A stretch of 64,000 bases of DNA from Microthyrium microscopicum (lineage: Eukaryota), in the NCBI GenBank assembly GCA_010405405.1, contig MU004241.1:1213359-1277358 (forward strand), given 5' to 3'. Position 1 is the stretch's first letter, and each line of letters starts with the position of its first letter. Made by a program: the position numbers and the translations under genes. Below, one piece after another: positions 1-11,504 of this stretch. The notes beneath the pieces were generated by a model. It ran no database searches. It had not been told where the DNA came from and saw nothing but the letters and a program-made list of their open reading frames with translations.

Positions 1-2293
1 CAGTACTCTTGGATCAAGATAGTAGTTGTTGTCGCCATAGAATTTGGCCTTTGGGTGCATCTCTCGTTGTAACTTACGTATCTGTGTCAAGAGCTGCCAG
101 ATACGCCCAGCTAGGAGAAACTCGTTCATATCGAGAAGCATGATGTTCTGGAAAAGCTTCCAAAGCTTCAATACCAACGGTTCAATGGCAGAAAGAACTT
201 CATCTCGAGATATGTGATCCAAGATCGACTCGATGACCACAACAGCCGCGTAAAGTTCAGAGATTGAATCGACATCTTCGCCCAAGGCCGGGCCGTCTCC
301 ATTGATGGTCCCGCCCGACACAGCTTCGATGCCAAATTGGCTAGCCATCTTCTGTACCGGAAGGGTATACTTGTCCAACAAGTCCTGGATTTGAGTTGTG
401 CTTAAACTCTGTGAGACTGCTGACCCTACCATATCAATCAGAGCCGTGTCCAACCAACATATTTGATCGAGAGCATCAGGTGTTAATGTATCAACCGCTT
501 CAGATATTTGTGTGAACCAAAGTCTAATGAATTGATCAAGCTTTCGAGACTCTCGATATGCAGTCATCAACCCAGCAACGATGTCAAGTATGAATTCACT
601 GCGTTTCTGATCGTAATAACTTGGAGACGACTCTGTCGGTTTTTCTACAGATTCCCATCGCACATTCGAAATGTGAGATACAATGGCCTGAGTAAATATA
701 TGAGCTCTCGAGACTTCAGGGGTTTTATCATTAGTGATGGGCTGCTTCCCGGCATCTGCGAACAAACCGCCATCGATTTCCAAGATTATTTTGACCAAGG
801 GCCACCTCACGCGGTAGAGGGACGATTTGTCTTTGATGGGAGCTTGAATGATTCTTGAGTATCGAATCAAAATTTCTCCCAGCATGGCCTGAGAGATCTC
901 CAATTTGTATTCCTTTGCCAGCTTGAGCATGTCCTCGAACGGAACTTTCGTAGTGTATTTGGAGGCGGTCTGCTCCGAGCGACCAAAGAAAGAGTACTCA
1001 ACTTGCTCCGAGAGTTTGCCTCCAGAGCATGCCGCCAAAACCTCAAGGACTGATTCGAGCCAGGGTGCCTCTTCCGATCGTTGTTTCGGTGTTGAGCGAC
1101 GTGATCCTTCGATAGCCAAGCGGTAGAATTGAGGAATACCTGACAGAATCAGGCGAGTTTCAGATAGGAGATCCTGCTGATATAGATACGATAAAGTCTC
1201 TTGGAGTGGCTTCCAGCTTTTTACAAGCAATTGTATCATCTGCTCTCTTGTAGTATCTTCTTCATCCTGGTAGCTGAAGAATGATGCTCTTGCAGGAAGC
1301 AAAAGATGCTCCTTGAATAACGAATCCAATTTCTGTCGTACAGAGTCGGCCCTTACCGCCTTCTCTATATCCTGTGTAAAGTTTAAATCGAGCAATCGGC
1401 CGTAGAGCAATATTGACGGGACAAGACAGTAATCTGAAAAAAGTGCTGTAGACGCTCCAGTTTCATCGTCGGCATTGATTGATCGAAGTTTCCAGATCAC
1501 AAAAATCGATTTAAGAAGCCCCGAGGACTGTTCATCGCCTTGTTGAAGGCATTTGACCGAGGCTGTCAATCCAGCGCTGAGCAGTTCTGCGGCGAATTGA
1601 GCAGGAGTTCTGAGAATGGACCTGAAGTGCTCTGATGATATTTTGGAAGACTCCGAGACATGTGTTTGTGCGCCAGCAATGAGCTTTTCGAGAAAGCATC
1701 CCACAAGTTGATAGACATCTTCGGGGCTAAATATCACGGAAGGCTCCAGGGGTTGCTCCATATTGTCATTGTGTCTCTTTCTCTTTCTTCCTTGCTTTTT
1801 GGACTTTCCGGAATCTGAGGTATACTGTGGAGCCTGACCACTTGCCACAAGCGCAGGCTTCCCAGCCTTTTGTGATGCGACCCATTCACCCAGAGTCTTT
1901 TGGATACTTGAAAGTATATTTGCTGAGTTGAGTAGTCTGGCAGAATGAATTCTAGGGACCAAGTCCAGTAGATGGATCAGCAGTTTCCAGCTGAATGGGC
2001 ATAACCGAAATTTCTTTCCCAGCTCTTCATCTTTGGCTTTCAATTTCTCCAGTAGCCACTTGAGAACCCACTCTGCGCGCGCATGGGTGTATTGTCTGGA
2101 GACTTTGGAATCTGACACAAGTTCCGATATACCCGCAATCTGGGCAGCTTCAGTGAGACGTTTTTCAATGTCGCTTTCCGAGTCCAGTTTTTGAAGCTTC
2201 GCGAGAGAAGCTTGAATGGAGCCCTGCAAGCGTCAGTATTTCCTATTCTTTATAAATCTTTGCGTGATATTATACCCTACTAGATGGTGCCAT
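1..2293 (-). CDS. Urb2/Npa2-like nucleolar ribosome biogenesis protein (5' part; runs off the window start)
   Basis: Not in the ORF track. Candidate ATG at 2293 (MAPSSR), short intron ending CTGAC..GCAG at 2224, then an open frame GSIQASLAKLQKLDSESDIEKRL...HARAEWVLKWLLEKLK...FSWKLL. Family call rests on recalling this motif from fungal Urb2 N-termini. Confidence 0.6.
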
Positions 2294-2652
2294 CGAATCT
2301 TGGAATGTTGGAATTACCGGCGGATATAATGTCTGGACGTTCAAAATTCTGGTGATACTGAATTTCGCGATGCGCCAAAAAAAATATGGAGTTGCAAGAC
2401 ACTAGGCGCGCTTGGCGGCTAAGCGCGCTAATGACATGGTTGTGAGATGATCCTGGTGTCTCTAGCTTTCTTTCCTCGGTTTGCAAGAAATTGACCCGGA
2501 TACACTTCGCCTTTAACCGGACAATACATCTCAACCCCAAATACTATCACCTCCAATTGACGGACAGGTTCTTTGTCGCCTCAATTGAGCTTCCAAGACT
2601 GCCAAGTCGTCCGACCTCTACACAAACAGCGAGCTTCAGACTAGACGCCACG

Positions 2653-3144
2653 ATGGCCGAGGAAGCAAAGTCAACAATTCCGGCACCAATTGCACGCACC
2701 TCGAAGCCCTTGAGCGAGGCATTATTGAATGATAAGGTACGCATACGTGATCTTTAGGTTTGGTGGCTTTGGAACGCTTGGAATCATGGCCACTTTGGCG
2801 GCCACAGCTCCCAGTCGCTGAAGTTATAGACGGATAGTCCTTGTTCTAGTTCTAACATCTTGATAGTGGGACCGCTGTCTCTCTTCTGTCCTCATTCGAT
2901 CCGGCCTCGGTCTTTCATTCGGCGTAATATTCTCTGTCTTGCTATTCAAGCGTAGGGCGTGGCCACTGTGGATAGGAACTGGATTTGGAGCTGGTCGTGC
3001 TGTGGAAGAATGCGACAACGTGAGCTAGCAACACTATGCCATCATAGTTGATGAGACACTAATTGTGAATCTTAATAGTCCTTCAAGCGCGCTGCATCAG
3101 AATCAAAAGATGGTCTCGGTGGTCTCCGGGTTTTGCGACCATGA
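2653..3144 (+). CDS. MIC10: MICOS complex subunit Mic10 (3 exons: 2653-2736, 2867-3019, 3079-3144)
   Basis: Spliced product MAEEAKS...SEALLNDK/WDRCLSSVLIRSGLGLSFGVIFSVLLFKRRAWPLWIGTGFGAGRAVEECDN/SFKRA. Two Gly-motif TM helices flank a KRR loop; GT-AG introns. Confidence 0.93.
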
Positions 3145-3346
3145 ATGCTTTCATAATATTGTAACGATGGGAACGACCTTTGAAAAGGCCACAAAAGCTG
3201 GGATATACAAAACTGGCCGGATCCTAACAACTACTGTATTATAGTGTTGGGCTTTGACACGAGTGGAATCCCCGACTCCCTGATTTTGCGGAAATAAATG
3301 CTCATATGCTTGATTTCGGTACCAGGACTGATTACGACTACCAGTG

Positions 3347-4279
3347 CTATTCCTTTCTCCACTCCTTGTATTCAGCGGCCAAATGGCTGTTGAATGCTGT
3401 CCAGTTGTTTCGAGTCAACTTCTTCTTTTTACATCTCCAGCAGACCATTTCTGGGCTGTAGTTCATGGTTTGAGCTTCCCAGCGAGGATCGTTCTCTGAT
3501 AGAGGAAATTCATCTAGTTGAGCGAGGAAGGAAGTGTTGAAAACTTTATAGTGGTGGCCAGTCTTCATGTACTCTCCCATATTATCCTTCGATATGATAT
3601 GAATGTGGAGGTGCGACATTGATGGAAATGTATGCACTCCAACTTTGAACTCCTTTGTCCAATCGCGTCCTGGCGGCAATTCGTCTGGTAACTCATCTGC
3701 CATCATGGCTTCCATCCGCTCTTTCTCCAATGCACTATGCTCGCAAAGCATTCGACGAAGTTCCGCCGCGGCAGTTACCACAGCTTCCTTCGCCTTCCTC
3801 TTCGCACTCTCTAGAAATTTCTCATCTCTTAGTGCGATGAAGGGATGTGGACGATAATATTGAGGATTACGAGACATTAAAAGAAAGTGAACTTTGCTCT
3901 TTGGGTATGCGTCCTTTAGCAGTACCCAATCATCATCGTAGCTAATCACACGCTGCTCTGGATTGATCTCCGGATGCAGTATATATTGAATCAAAGCGTC
4001 TCTGTAGGTTCTGTTGTAATTGCTTGGAGCAAGATAGTTTGAAAGTGGATGCGTAGGATGATCGACGTATTTGTATTCATTCGCGGAATCCTCTGGGTAG
4101 TATGCGTGAGTTGGAGCGTAAAATGAGTACTTATGGTAGTGCTTACCAGAGGCTTGGATTCTTGCAAAACGCTTTGTAACTGATGTTTCTGCCACTCGAC
4201 GACTTAGAGAGGAAAGGGGTTCAACAGCTTGATCTCCTGGGAATCCATCATCTGGTGCGGAACCTTCTTCTTGATCCAT
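3347..4279 (-). CDS. HNT3: Aprataxin-like HIT family DNA 5'-AMP hydrolase
   Basis: DAYPKSKVHFLL, HIT motif HTFPSMSHLHIHII, C-terminal C2HE zinc finger CWRC...HLAAE. Confidence 0.88.
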   Translation of the reverse strand: MDQEEGSAPDDGFPGDQAVEPLSSLSRRVAETSVTKRFARIQASGKHYHKYSFYAPTHAYYPEDSANEYKYVDHPTHPLSNYLAPSNYNRTYRDALIQYILHPEINPEQRVISYDDDWVLLKDAYPKSKVHFLLMSRNPQYYRPHPFIALRDEKFLESAKRKAKEAVVTAAAELRRMLCEHSALEKERMEAMMADELPDELPPGRDWTKEFKVGVHTFPSMSHLHIHIISKDNMGEYMKTGHHYKVFNTSFLAQLDEFPLSENDPRWEAQTMNYSPEMVCWRCKKKKLTRNNWTAFNSHLAAEYKEWRKE

Positions 4280-4773
4280 GTTGAATCGCGGGTCATGAAA
4301 AAAGAAGAGTCAAGTACTGGCAAACAAGTTCCTAGAGAGATAACCTGATATGAGTTCTAGAGTAAAGATTTACGAGGTAGTACTCTAGGAATGTGAAGGT
4401 TGCTACAGTAAACGGCGCGAAAGGACGTGACTGCCAGTAAGTGGTGTCTACTTTGGCACCTCACAATCACGTATGATCAAATCAAATGATTTTCCAGAGA
4501 CTAAGATCAATGTGGTCGATTAATATTGAATTACGTCAATGTCATTTAATACAAGATGGAGTGGCTGGATGGAGTTTATGATGCATCTGATCTGACGCGC
4601 TCAAGGCTCACATACGGCAAAACCACAACTTTCAGGAAGGAGCCCCACAAATTTGGTCACCTTCTCTTCACCTTTCTCTTCCACAAATATTCTCCCTTCA
4701 GCGCATCGAACCAAGACCCTATGGATAAACTCGATTCATCGTCTATCGCCGCTCTCGTACCCTACGGCACACG

Positions 4774-7700
4774 ATGCCTAACAAGCCTCATGCCCCACGT
4801 GGTGCGCCCAACAAGAAATCCACAACTGCCTCATCCACAAGCGCGAAAGACTCTGCCAAAGCCGACCCAAAAAGTGGAAGCGGCAAGAAAGGCCAGAGCA
4901 GTGCGGTGAAAGAAAAGGATGACAAGAAGAGTTCAGGGAAGAAGCAAGATGGGAAGAGTGGGCAGGCTTCAAAAACAACTGATCCGCCGGAGGAAGCTCC
5001 AAAGAAACCCGATACGAGAACATTGATCGGAGGTGCCTCTTGGACTGGAAAGCTCCCAGTGACCCTGCTGGCGGAACTATGTCAGAAACAGAAATGGAAC
5101 AAGCCCGAATACACAATGTCCCGAATACCCAGCGGTTTCATCTCTGGCGTTATACTCTCCTCTAAAGATATGAAGACAGGCGATACCACGACCCTTCCTA
5201 TCATTGAAATTCCAAGAGATCAGCGAGAGGTAGTAGCAGAGCCGACTGCAGTAGAGGCCAGACATTTTGCCGCTACTTATGCCATGTTTCGAATCACCAG
5301 CATGAAAAACACACACATGATGATGCCGCCAAAGTATAAAGATCTGTGGAAAGGATTGTTCCAAGATCTCAAGAAGCGGGATGTTGAAAGCGGTAAGGCT
5401 TGGACATACGAAGCAGATCCATTTGCCACGGCACGTCAAAGAGAAGAAGACGAGAAAAAACGAATCAAGAAACGAGAGGAGGAGGAACGACTAAAAGCGA
5501 AGAGAGCTCAGGATCCAAAACTGGCGTTCGCTCCCCCTAAAAGCAAAGCTTGGGAGAGAGCCCCGACCGTTGAACTTGGAAAAAGGGTTCGATTAGATGT
5601 TGAAGCACTCGTACAACAGCAGACGGTGTGGAACTCCAAAGGTATCACACCAACCCCGGCACTGAAAAGCCAGGTCATGAACGAATTGTCTAAGCTTGGA
5701 TTCCGACAATCTCATGTGCAAGAAGCCCTTGATATCTGCAAAGACAAAGAGGAGGTGCTAGAGTGGCTTCTAGCACATGTTCCAGAAGACGATCTCCCTC
5801 CGTGGAGTCTTCCTGAGAATTACATCGCTGGAGTATCCATGGCGCGATCAGATTTGAAAGCAGAAGCTGCAATCAGTCGCCTTGCCCTTTCTGGATACTC
5901 GCGAGATTTATGTGAAGAAACTCTGGAAGCAAATAAAGGGAATGAGACCGCCGCAGCGTCCGCTCTCCAGTCACGGCTATTGAACGACACAACATCATCT
6001 GAAGATGATTTTTTGGAGCTGGAGGACGACGGAACTTGGGCTGAAGAATTGGAGGCCGTGTTGTCCGTGTTCAGCGATCGATGTTTCAAAAAGTCCAAGA
6101 CTTGCGTCGAAATCGTTGCTCGACCTGAAAATGTCAAGGCAACTATCAAGATACAGGTAGACAAATCATCAAATTATCCGATGCGAGAACCAATTCTCAG
6201 TATCAAAGCCGACCTGCCCGCTTACATCAGACTAAGTCTAACGAAGCAAGCTTTATTATATGCACGGGAATCACTACTCGGCGATCAAATGATATTCGGT
6301 TTACTTGACTGGGTTGAGCAAAATGCAGCTCATATCATTGCTAATCCTGGACGCTTGAGTGAAGTGTCTGCTGTTGCTGTTGCCGGCGAAGTCAAACCAT
6401 CTATGGCTCGATCCAAAGCTACACATCGCCAGCAAATCCATCCTATAGATTGGACTCGGGGTTCGAAGAAGAGTCAAGACATACTGTCCGCTTACGAACA
6501 AAAGCAATCCAATCCAAAGCATCAGAATCTTCTTTTTGATCGACAAGGCTTACCTGCTTGGCAAGTCAGAGAAGACATTATCAAAGCAGTCAATAAGAAC
6601 AAAGTGACTATAATCTCTGGTGAAACAGGATCTGGCAAGTCAACTCAGTCGGTGCAATTTGTACTGGATGATCTTATCGAACGAGGTTTTGGAGGTGCAG
6701 CAAATATCATCTGCACACAACCTCGACGAATTAGCGCCCTTGGTCTTGCTGATCGAGTGTCCGAAGAGCGTGGAGATACTGTTGGAAATGAAGTTGGATA
6801 CATAATTCGTGGGGATTCCAAAGTCAAGCGCGGTGCCACAAGAATTACCTTTGTCACTACTGGTGTTCTATTGAGAAGATTGCAAACATCTGGGGGCTCA
6901 ACAAAAGATATCGTTGCTGCTTTGGCAGATGTCAGTCATATTTTCATCGATGAAGTCCATGAGCGTGCAGTAGATGCCGATTTTCTCTTGGTACTACTGA
7001 AAGACGTCTTGAGAAGCCGGCAAGATCTAAGGGTCATCCTCATGTCTGCAACGGCAGATGCCGAAGGATTTGAGCGATACTTTTCGGAAATTGGCACTGT
7101 CGGCCGGGTGCATGTCAGAGGACGAACTTTTCCAGTCGTAGACTTTTACAAAGATGATGTTATTCGTATGACTGGATATGGCGGTATGGAAATGGACGAT
7201 GACGATAATGACGAACTGGACCAATTCAAGCTTTCCAAAGCTCTTCAAGCAACTGGTATGAAAATCGACTATGGTTTTATAGCTCGGACAGTTGAGCATA
7301 TCGATCGACAACTTGGCTCACAAGAAGGCGGAATCCTGATATTCCTACCTGGAACTATGGAAATTAATCGAACGCTGGATCGACTCTCCAATTCAAGATT
7401 CTGGGCTCTACCACTTCATGCATCTCTTCCCCCTGGCGAACAACGACGAGTTTTTCCGCCGGCACCTAAAGGAAAACGAAAGGTTATTGCAGCTACAAAC
7501 GTTGCCGAAACATCAATCACTATCCCAGATATTGTGGCTGTTATCGACACTGGACGCGTCAAGGAGACTACGTATGATCCGGATACTTCCACACAGAGAC
7601 TTGTTGAAGCCTGGGCATCTCGCGCGGCTTGTGCCCAACGCCGTGGCAGAGCTGGTCGAGTACAGGAGGGATTCTGCTACAAGCTCTTCACACGCAATGC

Positions 7701-8880
7701 CGAACAGAAAATGCGAGAACGACCTGATCCTGAAATAACTAGAGTGCCACTAGAGCAGCTCTGTCTATCAGTGAAGAGCATGGGAGTGGAGGACGTTTCT
7801 GCATTCTTGGCCTCCGCGCTCACTCCCCCTTCATCACCAGCAGTGAATGCTGCTTTGGAACTCCTCACTCGAGTTGGTGCTTTAGAAGATGGGGAGCTCA
7901 CAGCTCTAGGGAAACACTTGGCCATGATTCCAGCTGATCTGAAGTGTGCAAAACTACTCGTACTGGGCTGTACATTCCAATGTGTTGATGCATGTTTGAC
8001 GATATCAGCGCTACTGGGAGGACGAAGTCCATTTTTCAATACCCTAGACAAGCGAGAGGAAGTCAAAAAGATACGCTACGATTTCGCTCCGGGCCTAGGC
8101 GATCTCATCTCAGACCTGCGAGCATACGAAGCCTGGCAAGAAAACCGACGCCAGCTTTCCCACCGCGATCTGCGCGCCTGGTGTGGCGAGAACTTCCTTA
8201 ATCCGCAAACACTGCGAGATGTCGAATCCAATCGCGCCCAGTTCGTATCTGCTCTCCAAGACATGGGCTTCTTACCATGGAAATACTCTCAATCCAGCGC
8301 CAACAATAACGAATTCAATGCGCAAAACACAAATACACCCCTAATACGTGCTCTGATCGCCGCATCACTGCACCCTAACATCGCATCCATCTCTTTCCCT
8401 GCCACAAAGTTCGCCGCTTCTCACACCGGCGCCCTTGCTCTGGACCCTGAAGCTCGCACCATCAAGTATTTCGCCGCTGATTCGTCCCGCGTCTTCATTC
8501 ATCCCTCTTCTACCACATTCGAAGCCAAAGGTTGGTCTTCGGATTCAAAATTCCTTGCATTTTGGGAGCGATTTGCGTCTGGAGAGGGTGATCGATCCAA
8601 GCCGTATGCTCGTGGTGTAACCCCTGTGAATGTGCTTTCTGTGCTACTGTTCGGTGGTCCGTTGGCAGTGGATACACTGGGTCGTGGAGTAGTGGTCGAT
8701 GGTTGGATTAATGTACGGGGATGGGCTCGCATATTCGTGCTAGTCGGGCGTATGCGGAAGCTGTTGGATGGGGTTCTGGAGCGCCGCGTTGATGCTCCTC
8801 AGGGGCCGCTGGAGGCGCATGAGGTTAAGATTTTGGATGTGGTGAGACGGCTGGTAGAAAAAGATGGACTGGATCGGTAA
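4774..8880 (+). CDS. DEAH-box RNA helicase, DHX57/YLR419W/ucp12-like, with N-terminal dsRBD-like, UBA-like and RWD regions
   Basis: Intronless 1368 aa. Motifs GETGSGKS, TQPRRISA, DEVH, MSAT, TNVAETSITI, QRRGRAGR, followed by HA2/OB-type C-terminus. Confidence 0.92.
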   Translation: MPNKPHAPRGAPNKKSTTASSTSAKDSAKADPKSGSGKKGQSSAVKEKDDKKSSGKKQDGKSGQASKTTDPPEEAPKKPDTRTLIGGASWTGKLPVTLLAELCQKQKWNKPEYTMSRIPSGFISGVILSSKDMKTGDTTTLPIIEIPRDQREVVAEPTAVEARHFAATYAMFRITSMKNTHMMMPPKYKDLWKGLFQDLKKRDVESGKAWTYEADPFATARQREEDEKKRIKKREEEERLKAKRAQDPKLAFAPPKSKAWERAPTVELGKRVRLDVEALVQQQTVWNSKGITPTPALKSQVMNELSKLGFRQSHVQEALDICKDKEEVLEWLLAHVPEDDLPPWSLPENYIAGVSMARSDLKAEAAISRLALSGYSRDLCEETLEANKGNETAAASALQSRLLNDTTSSEDDFLELEDDGTWAEELEAVLSVFSDRCFKKSKTCVEIVARPENVKATIKIQVDKSSNYPMREPILSIKADLPAYIRLSLTKQALLYARESLLGDQMIFGLLDWVEQNAAHIIANPGRLSEVSAVAVAGEVKPSMARSKATHRQQIHPIDWTRGSKKSQDILSAYEQKQSNPKHQNLLFDRQGLPAWQVREDIIKAVNKNKVTIISGETGSGKSTQSVQFVLDDLIERGFGGAANIICTQPRRISALGLADRVSEERGDTVGNEVGYIIRGDSKVKRGATRITFVTTGVLLRRLQTSGGSTKDIVAALADVSHIFIDEVHERAVDADFLLVLLKDVLRSRQDLRVILMSATADAEGFERYFSEIGTVGRVHVRGRTFPVVDFYKDDVIRMTGYGGMEMDDDDNDELDQFKLSKALQATGMKIDYGFIARTVEHIDRQLGSQEGGILIFLPGTMEINRTLDRLSNSRFWALPLHASLPPGEQRRVFPPAPKGKRKVIAATNVAETSITIPDIVAVIDTGRVKETTYDPDTSTQRLVEAWASRAACAQRRGRAGRVQEGFCYKLFTRNAEQKMRERPDPEITRVPLEQLCLSVKSMGVEDVSAFLASALTPPSSPAVNAALELLTRVGALEDGELTALGKHLAMIPADLKCAKLLVLGCTFQCVDACLTISALLGGRSPFFNTLDKREEVKKIRYDFAPGLGDLISDLRAYEAWQENRRQLSHRDLRAWCGENFLNPQTLRDVESNRAQFVSALQDMGFLPWKYSQSSANNNEFNAQNTNTPLIRALIAASLHPNIASISFPATKFAASHTGALALDPEARTIKYFAADSSRVFIHPSSTTFEAKGWSSDSKFLAFWERFASGEGDRSKPYARGVTPVNVLSVLLFGGPLAVDTLGRGVVVDGWINVRGWARIFVLVGRMRKLLDGVLERRVDAPQGPLEAHEVKILDVVRRLVEKDGLDR

Positions 8881-9132
8881 AAGCTTGGCCTATTCCCTCA
8901 TCATTACATACACATGCTCCCTAGATGTTGGCTATAGAATTACATATGACTCGTTATGAATTATCATCATAACTTCCTTCATAAGGCAGCCTGACAAACG
9001 AAATAGCGAGTGGTGCCAATGTGCATGAGCAGGTCAAGAATTCATAACTATCTTGATGTCTCTACTACTTAAATATTTCAAAGCCTTAAACAAGTCATCT
9101 ATATAACGGAATGCTACAAAATAGAAGAACCT

Positions 9133-10854
9133 TCACCAAACAAAATTATCACTCTCCAATGGCTCCGAGTCTCCTTCATGAGACTGTAAGGTGAAATCAC
9201 TCCATCTCGAATGTCGAGCTTCATGGTCATCAACCATCTCCGTCGACGGAATATTAGTGATCAACTCAAGCTTAGCTTTCCATGGTGCTTTCAATCCGCC
9301 TCCTTCGCTGAAGTCAAGAAACGGCTCACTCTCAGTAATAAATTTCGCCCATCTATTGATGCTCTGTACAATGGTTGACAAAGCAACACCACCAACAAAT
9401 TCATGATACTCCGACGACTTTCTCTTACGTGGTTCTCTAGGGACACTCTTTCGGAATGGGCCTAACTCGCAAAGCACCAGTCGCTCTACAAGATAAGGAT
9501 GTCGAACAAGCCCTGCTTTAACATGTGCCAGTATCGTGCTTTGGTAGTACTTGACCCGATTGGCCGGATCGCCTGTTGTATAGCCGATTTTGAATAGGTT
9601 GGTATGAATAGTGTGCCGCAGTATATAAAGACTGCCATCTTTGCTGTCCTTTTTGGGGGTAATACCGTTCTTCAGCCTCTGCTTTAGCTTGGTATGAGTT
9701 GCTTGGGCGTCATCGTTTCTACACGGCTCGAAAGGATAGATTGGATATCGTTGCTGAGCGTCGTAACGCGCATAAGTCTGCATGCTCCATCGCGACGTCC
9801 ACTGCCAGAAATTTCTCAAGTGTGTCCAAAGTAGAAGAGAGATAATCTGAATAATCTGAACGGCTTTTGAAGCTTGTGCCAATGCCGTGGCTGTCGATGA
9901 AAGAGCCGATGCATTACGTGGAGGACTGGTGTTACGTGGCACGTTTATTGATGGTAATGATTCCTCTGAACAAGGGTTGATCTCCGAGTCTTGTATTCTC
10001 GGTCCTCTTCTTGCCGCAAATCGTGCTCTTTGGCTTTCCGAGTTGAGCGGCTCTGATTCATTCCATGGTCTTGGTTGACTCAGCTGCTCAGTCGACAGTA
10101 GTTCCAAGTGCGAGTCTGAATAGTCTTTGCGAAAAAGCGGTTGGTGCTTCGATGATGTTTTCGAGCTGTTGGGGTGCAAATTGGGTGAGGAGAAAGCATA
10201 TCCCGAGACAGCAGGCCGTTTTCCGTCCTTGGGTATCGACAGTCCAAACACAGGAGGGATTCCATACTTATTCTCTCGACTTTCTCGCTCAAATTCCTCG
10301 GCGGCAGAGCGCTTTCCAGACCCAACTGAGCTTTTAGAGAAACCCCTGAAACTTGAGGAAGACTTGCGCCGTATAGAAGCTGGGCTCAGGGGAGGTCGGC
10401 TGCTCAAGCTCCTCAAATAAGAACTTTTGCGAGAAGAAATAGGGGTTGAAATTGGTCGGCGAGGTGTTGACTTAATTCCAGAACTTCTCTGGGAGCGTCC
10501 CTTGGTGCCATAGAGAGAGGTGCGGCTCAGTTTCCTTCGTTGACGTTGCGTGATCTTTGATCGCAAAGCTTGTGGGAGGTGCAGAGGAGAGAGGTGTAGG
10601 TACGGATTTGTACGACGTATTACTTCTAGGCCTTTTGGCGGTATGACCAACAAGAAATTGATTGGTGATATCCATAAATCGTGAGTCGAAATCGTGAGTC
10701 GAAGCTTGCAGACGCTGTAGCGTAACTTATCAAGGGCCAACCAACGATAGGTTGTTTTTCTAACAGAGTTTGGATAGTTTGAATGACCTACAGTTCGTAG
10801 GCAGGTGGAAAGAATGAGCAAGAGCAGAACTTGACACGAAATCGTGTTGTTCAT
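9133..10854 (-). CDS. T5orf172/MUG113 (GIY-YIG-related) domain protein with long Ser/Arg-rich N-terminus; start uncertain
   Basis: C-terminal GSLYILRH...LFKIGYTTGDPANRVK...HPYLVERLVLCEL...EYHEF pattern. 573-aa open frame; the 5' end may be spliced. Confidence 0.65.
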   Translation of the reverse strand: MNNTISCQVLLLLILSTCLRTVGHSNYPNSVRKTTYRWLALDKLRYSVCKLRLTISTHDLWISPINFLLVIPPKGLEVIRRTNPYLHLSPLHLPQALRSKITQRQRRKLSRTSLYGTKGRSQRSSGIKSTPRRPISTPISSRKSSYLRSLSSRPPLSPASIRRKSSSSFRGFSKSSVGSGKRSAAEEFERESRENKYGIPPVFGLSIPKDGKRPAVSGYAFSSPNLHPNSSKTSSKHQPLFRKDYSDSHLELLSTEQLSQPRPWNESEPLNSESQRARFAARRGPRIQDSEINPCSEESLPSINVPRNTSPPRNASALSSTATALAQASKAVQIIQIISLLLWTHLRNFWQWTSRWSMQTYARYDAQQRYPIYPFEPCRNDDAQATHTKLKQRLKNGITPKKDSKDGSLYILRHTIHTNLFKIGYTTGDPANRVKYYQSTILAHVKAGLVRHPYLVERLVLCELGPFRKSVPREPRKRKSSEYHEFVGGVALSTIVQSINRWAKFITESEPFLDFSEGGGLKAPWKAKLELITNIPSTEMVDDHEARHSRWSDFTLQSHEGDSEPLESDNFVW

Positions 10855-11504
10855 AGAGATATAACAGTCTGATGTATGAATGTTGCGACTCGCAACATAC
10901 TAGACGAGCCATACCATATCCTCCATTCCAGAAACGGTAGTGGCTTAGCACAATATAGCCACCAGCCACTGCTTTTCCAAATATTCTAATGGATAGGAGT
11001 AGAAGGAAACAGAAAGATCGTGACATGGGGATCAATCAATGTGTCCCTGAATCATACGCGGTGCTATCAAAACTGTGCGGCGAGGTAGGACCTGACTTGA
11101 ATCCTTTGGTGTCAGTAGGCTGAGCTCGAAGCGCCCACATTATGTTTCTTCACATAATTGGCTGATGCCCAGCTAAAAAATCGTTCTTCAGACAGACTGA
11201 GCATCAAATTTGATAACCCATGCTCTTGCTCAGCCTTGATCAAATCGCGATACCTGTACAATATTTTAAAGGATAAGCTTGACTAGCGAGGATCGAGATC
11301 ATGCTACTCGTAAATTGTCCAAGGGCTTTTTTGACGCTGTAATATTGCTCCAGTACAATGTATAGTTGTCGTAAGGTCTAACACTAATGCATACTCGAAG
11401 CGTCTGGAGCCACCATGGGCAGTGTTGTGACGGACCGATATAAGATTTAATGTAGGTACAGAACTACTTCATATCTTGGTCGAGCAAGACAAAACACCTG
11501 GACA

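Noticed and set aside
508..1126. Plus-strand ORFs 508-858 and 905-1126
   Set aside because: Antisense shadows of the long minus-strand Urb2-like frame.
4778..8732. Many short ORFs overlapping the helicase (likewise within PYK, the ABC transporter, the BRCT gene and the lipase)
   Set aside because: Off-frame or antisense shadows with no recognisable motifs.
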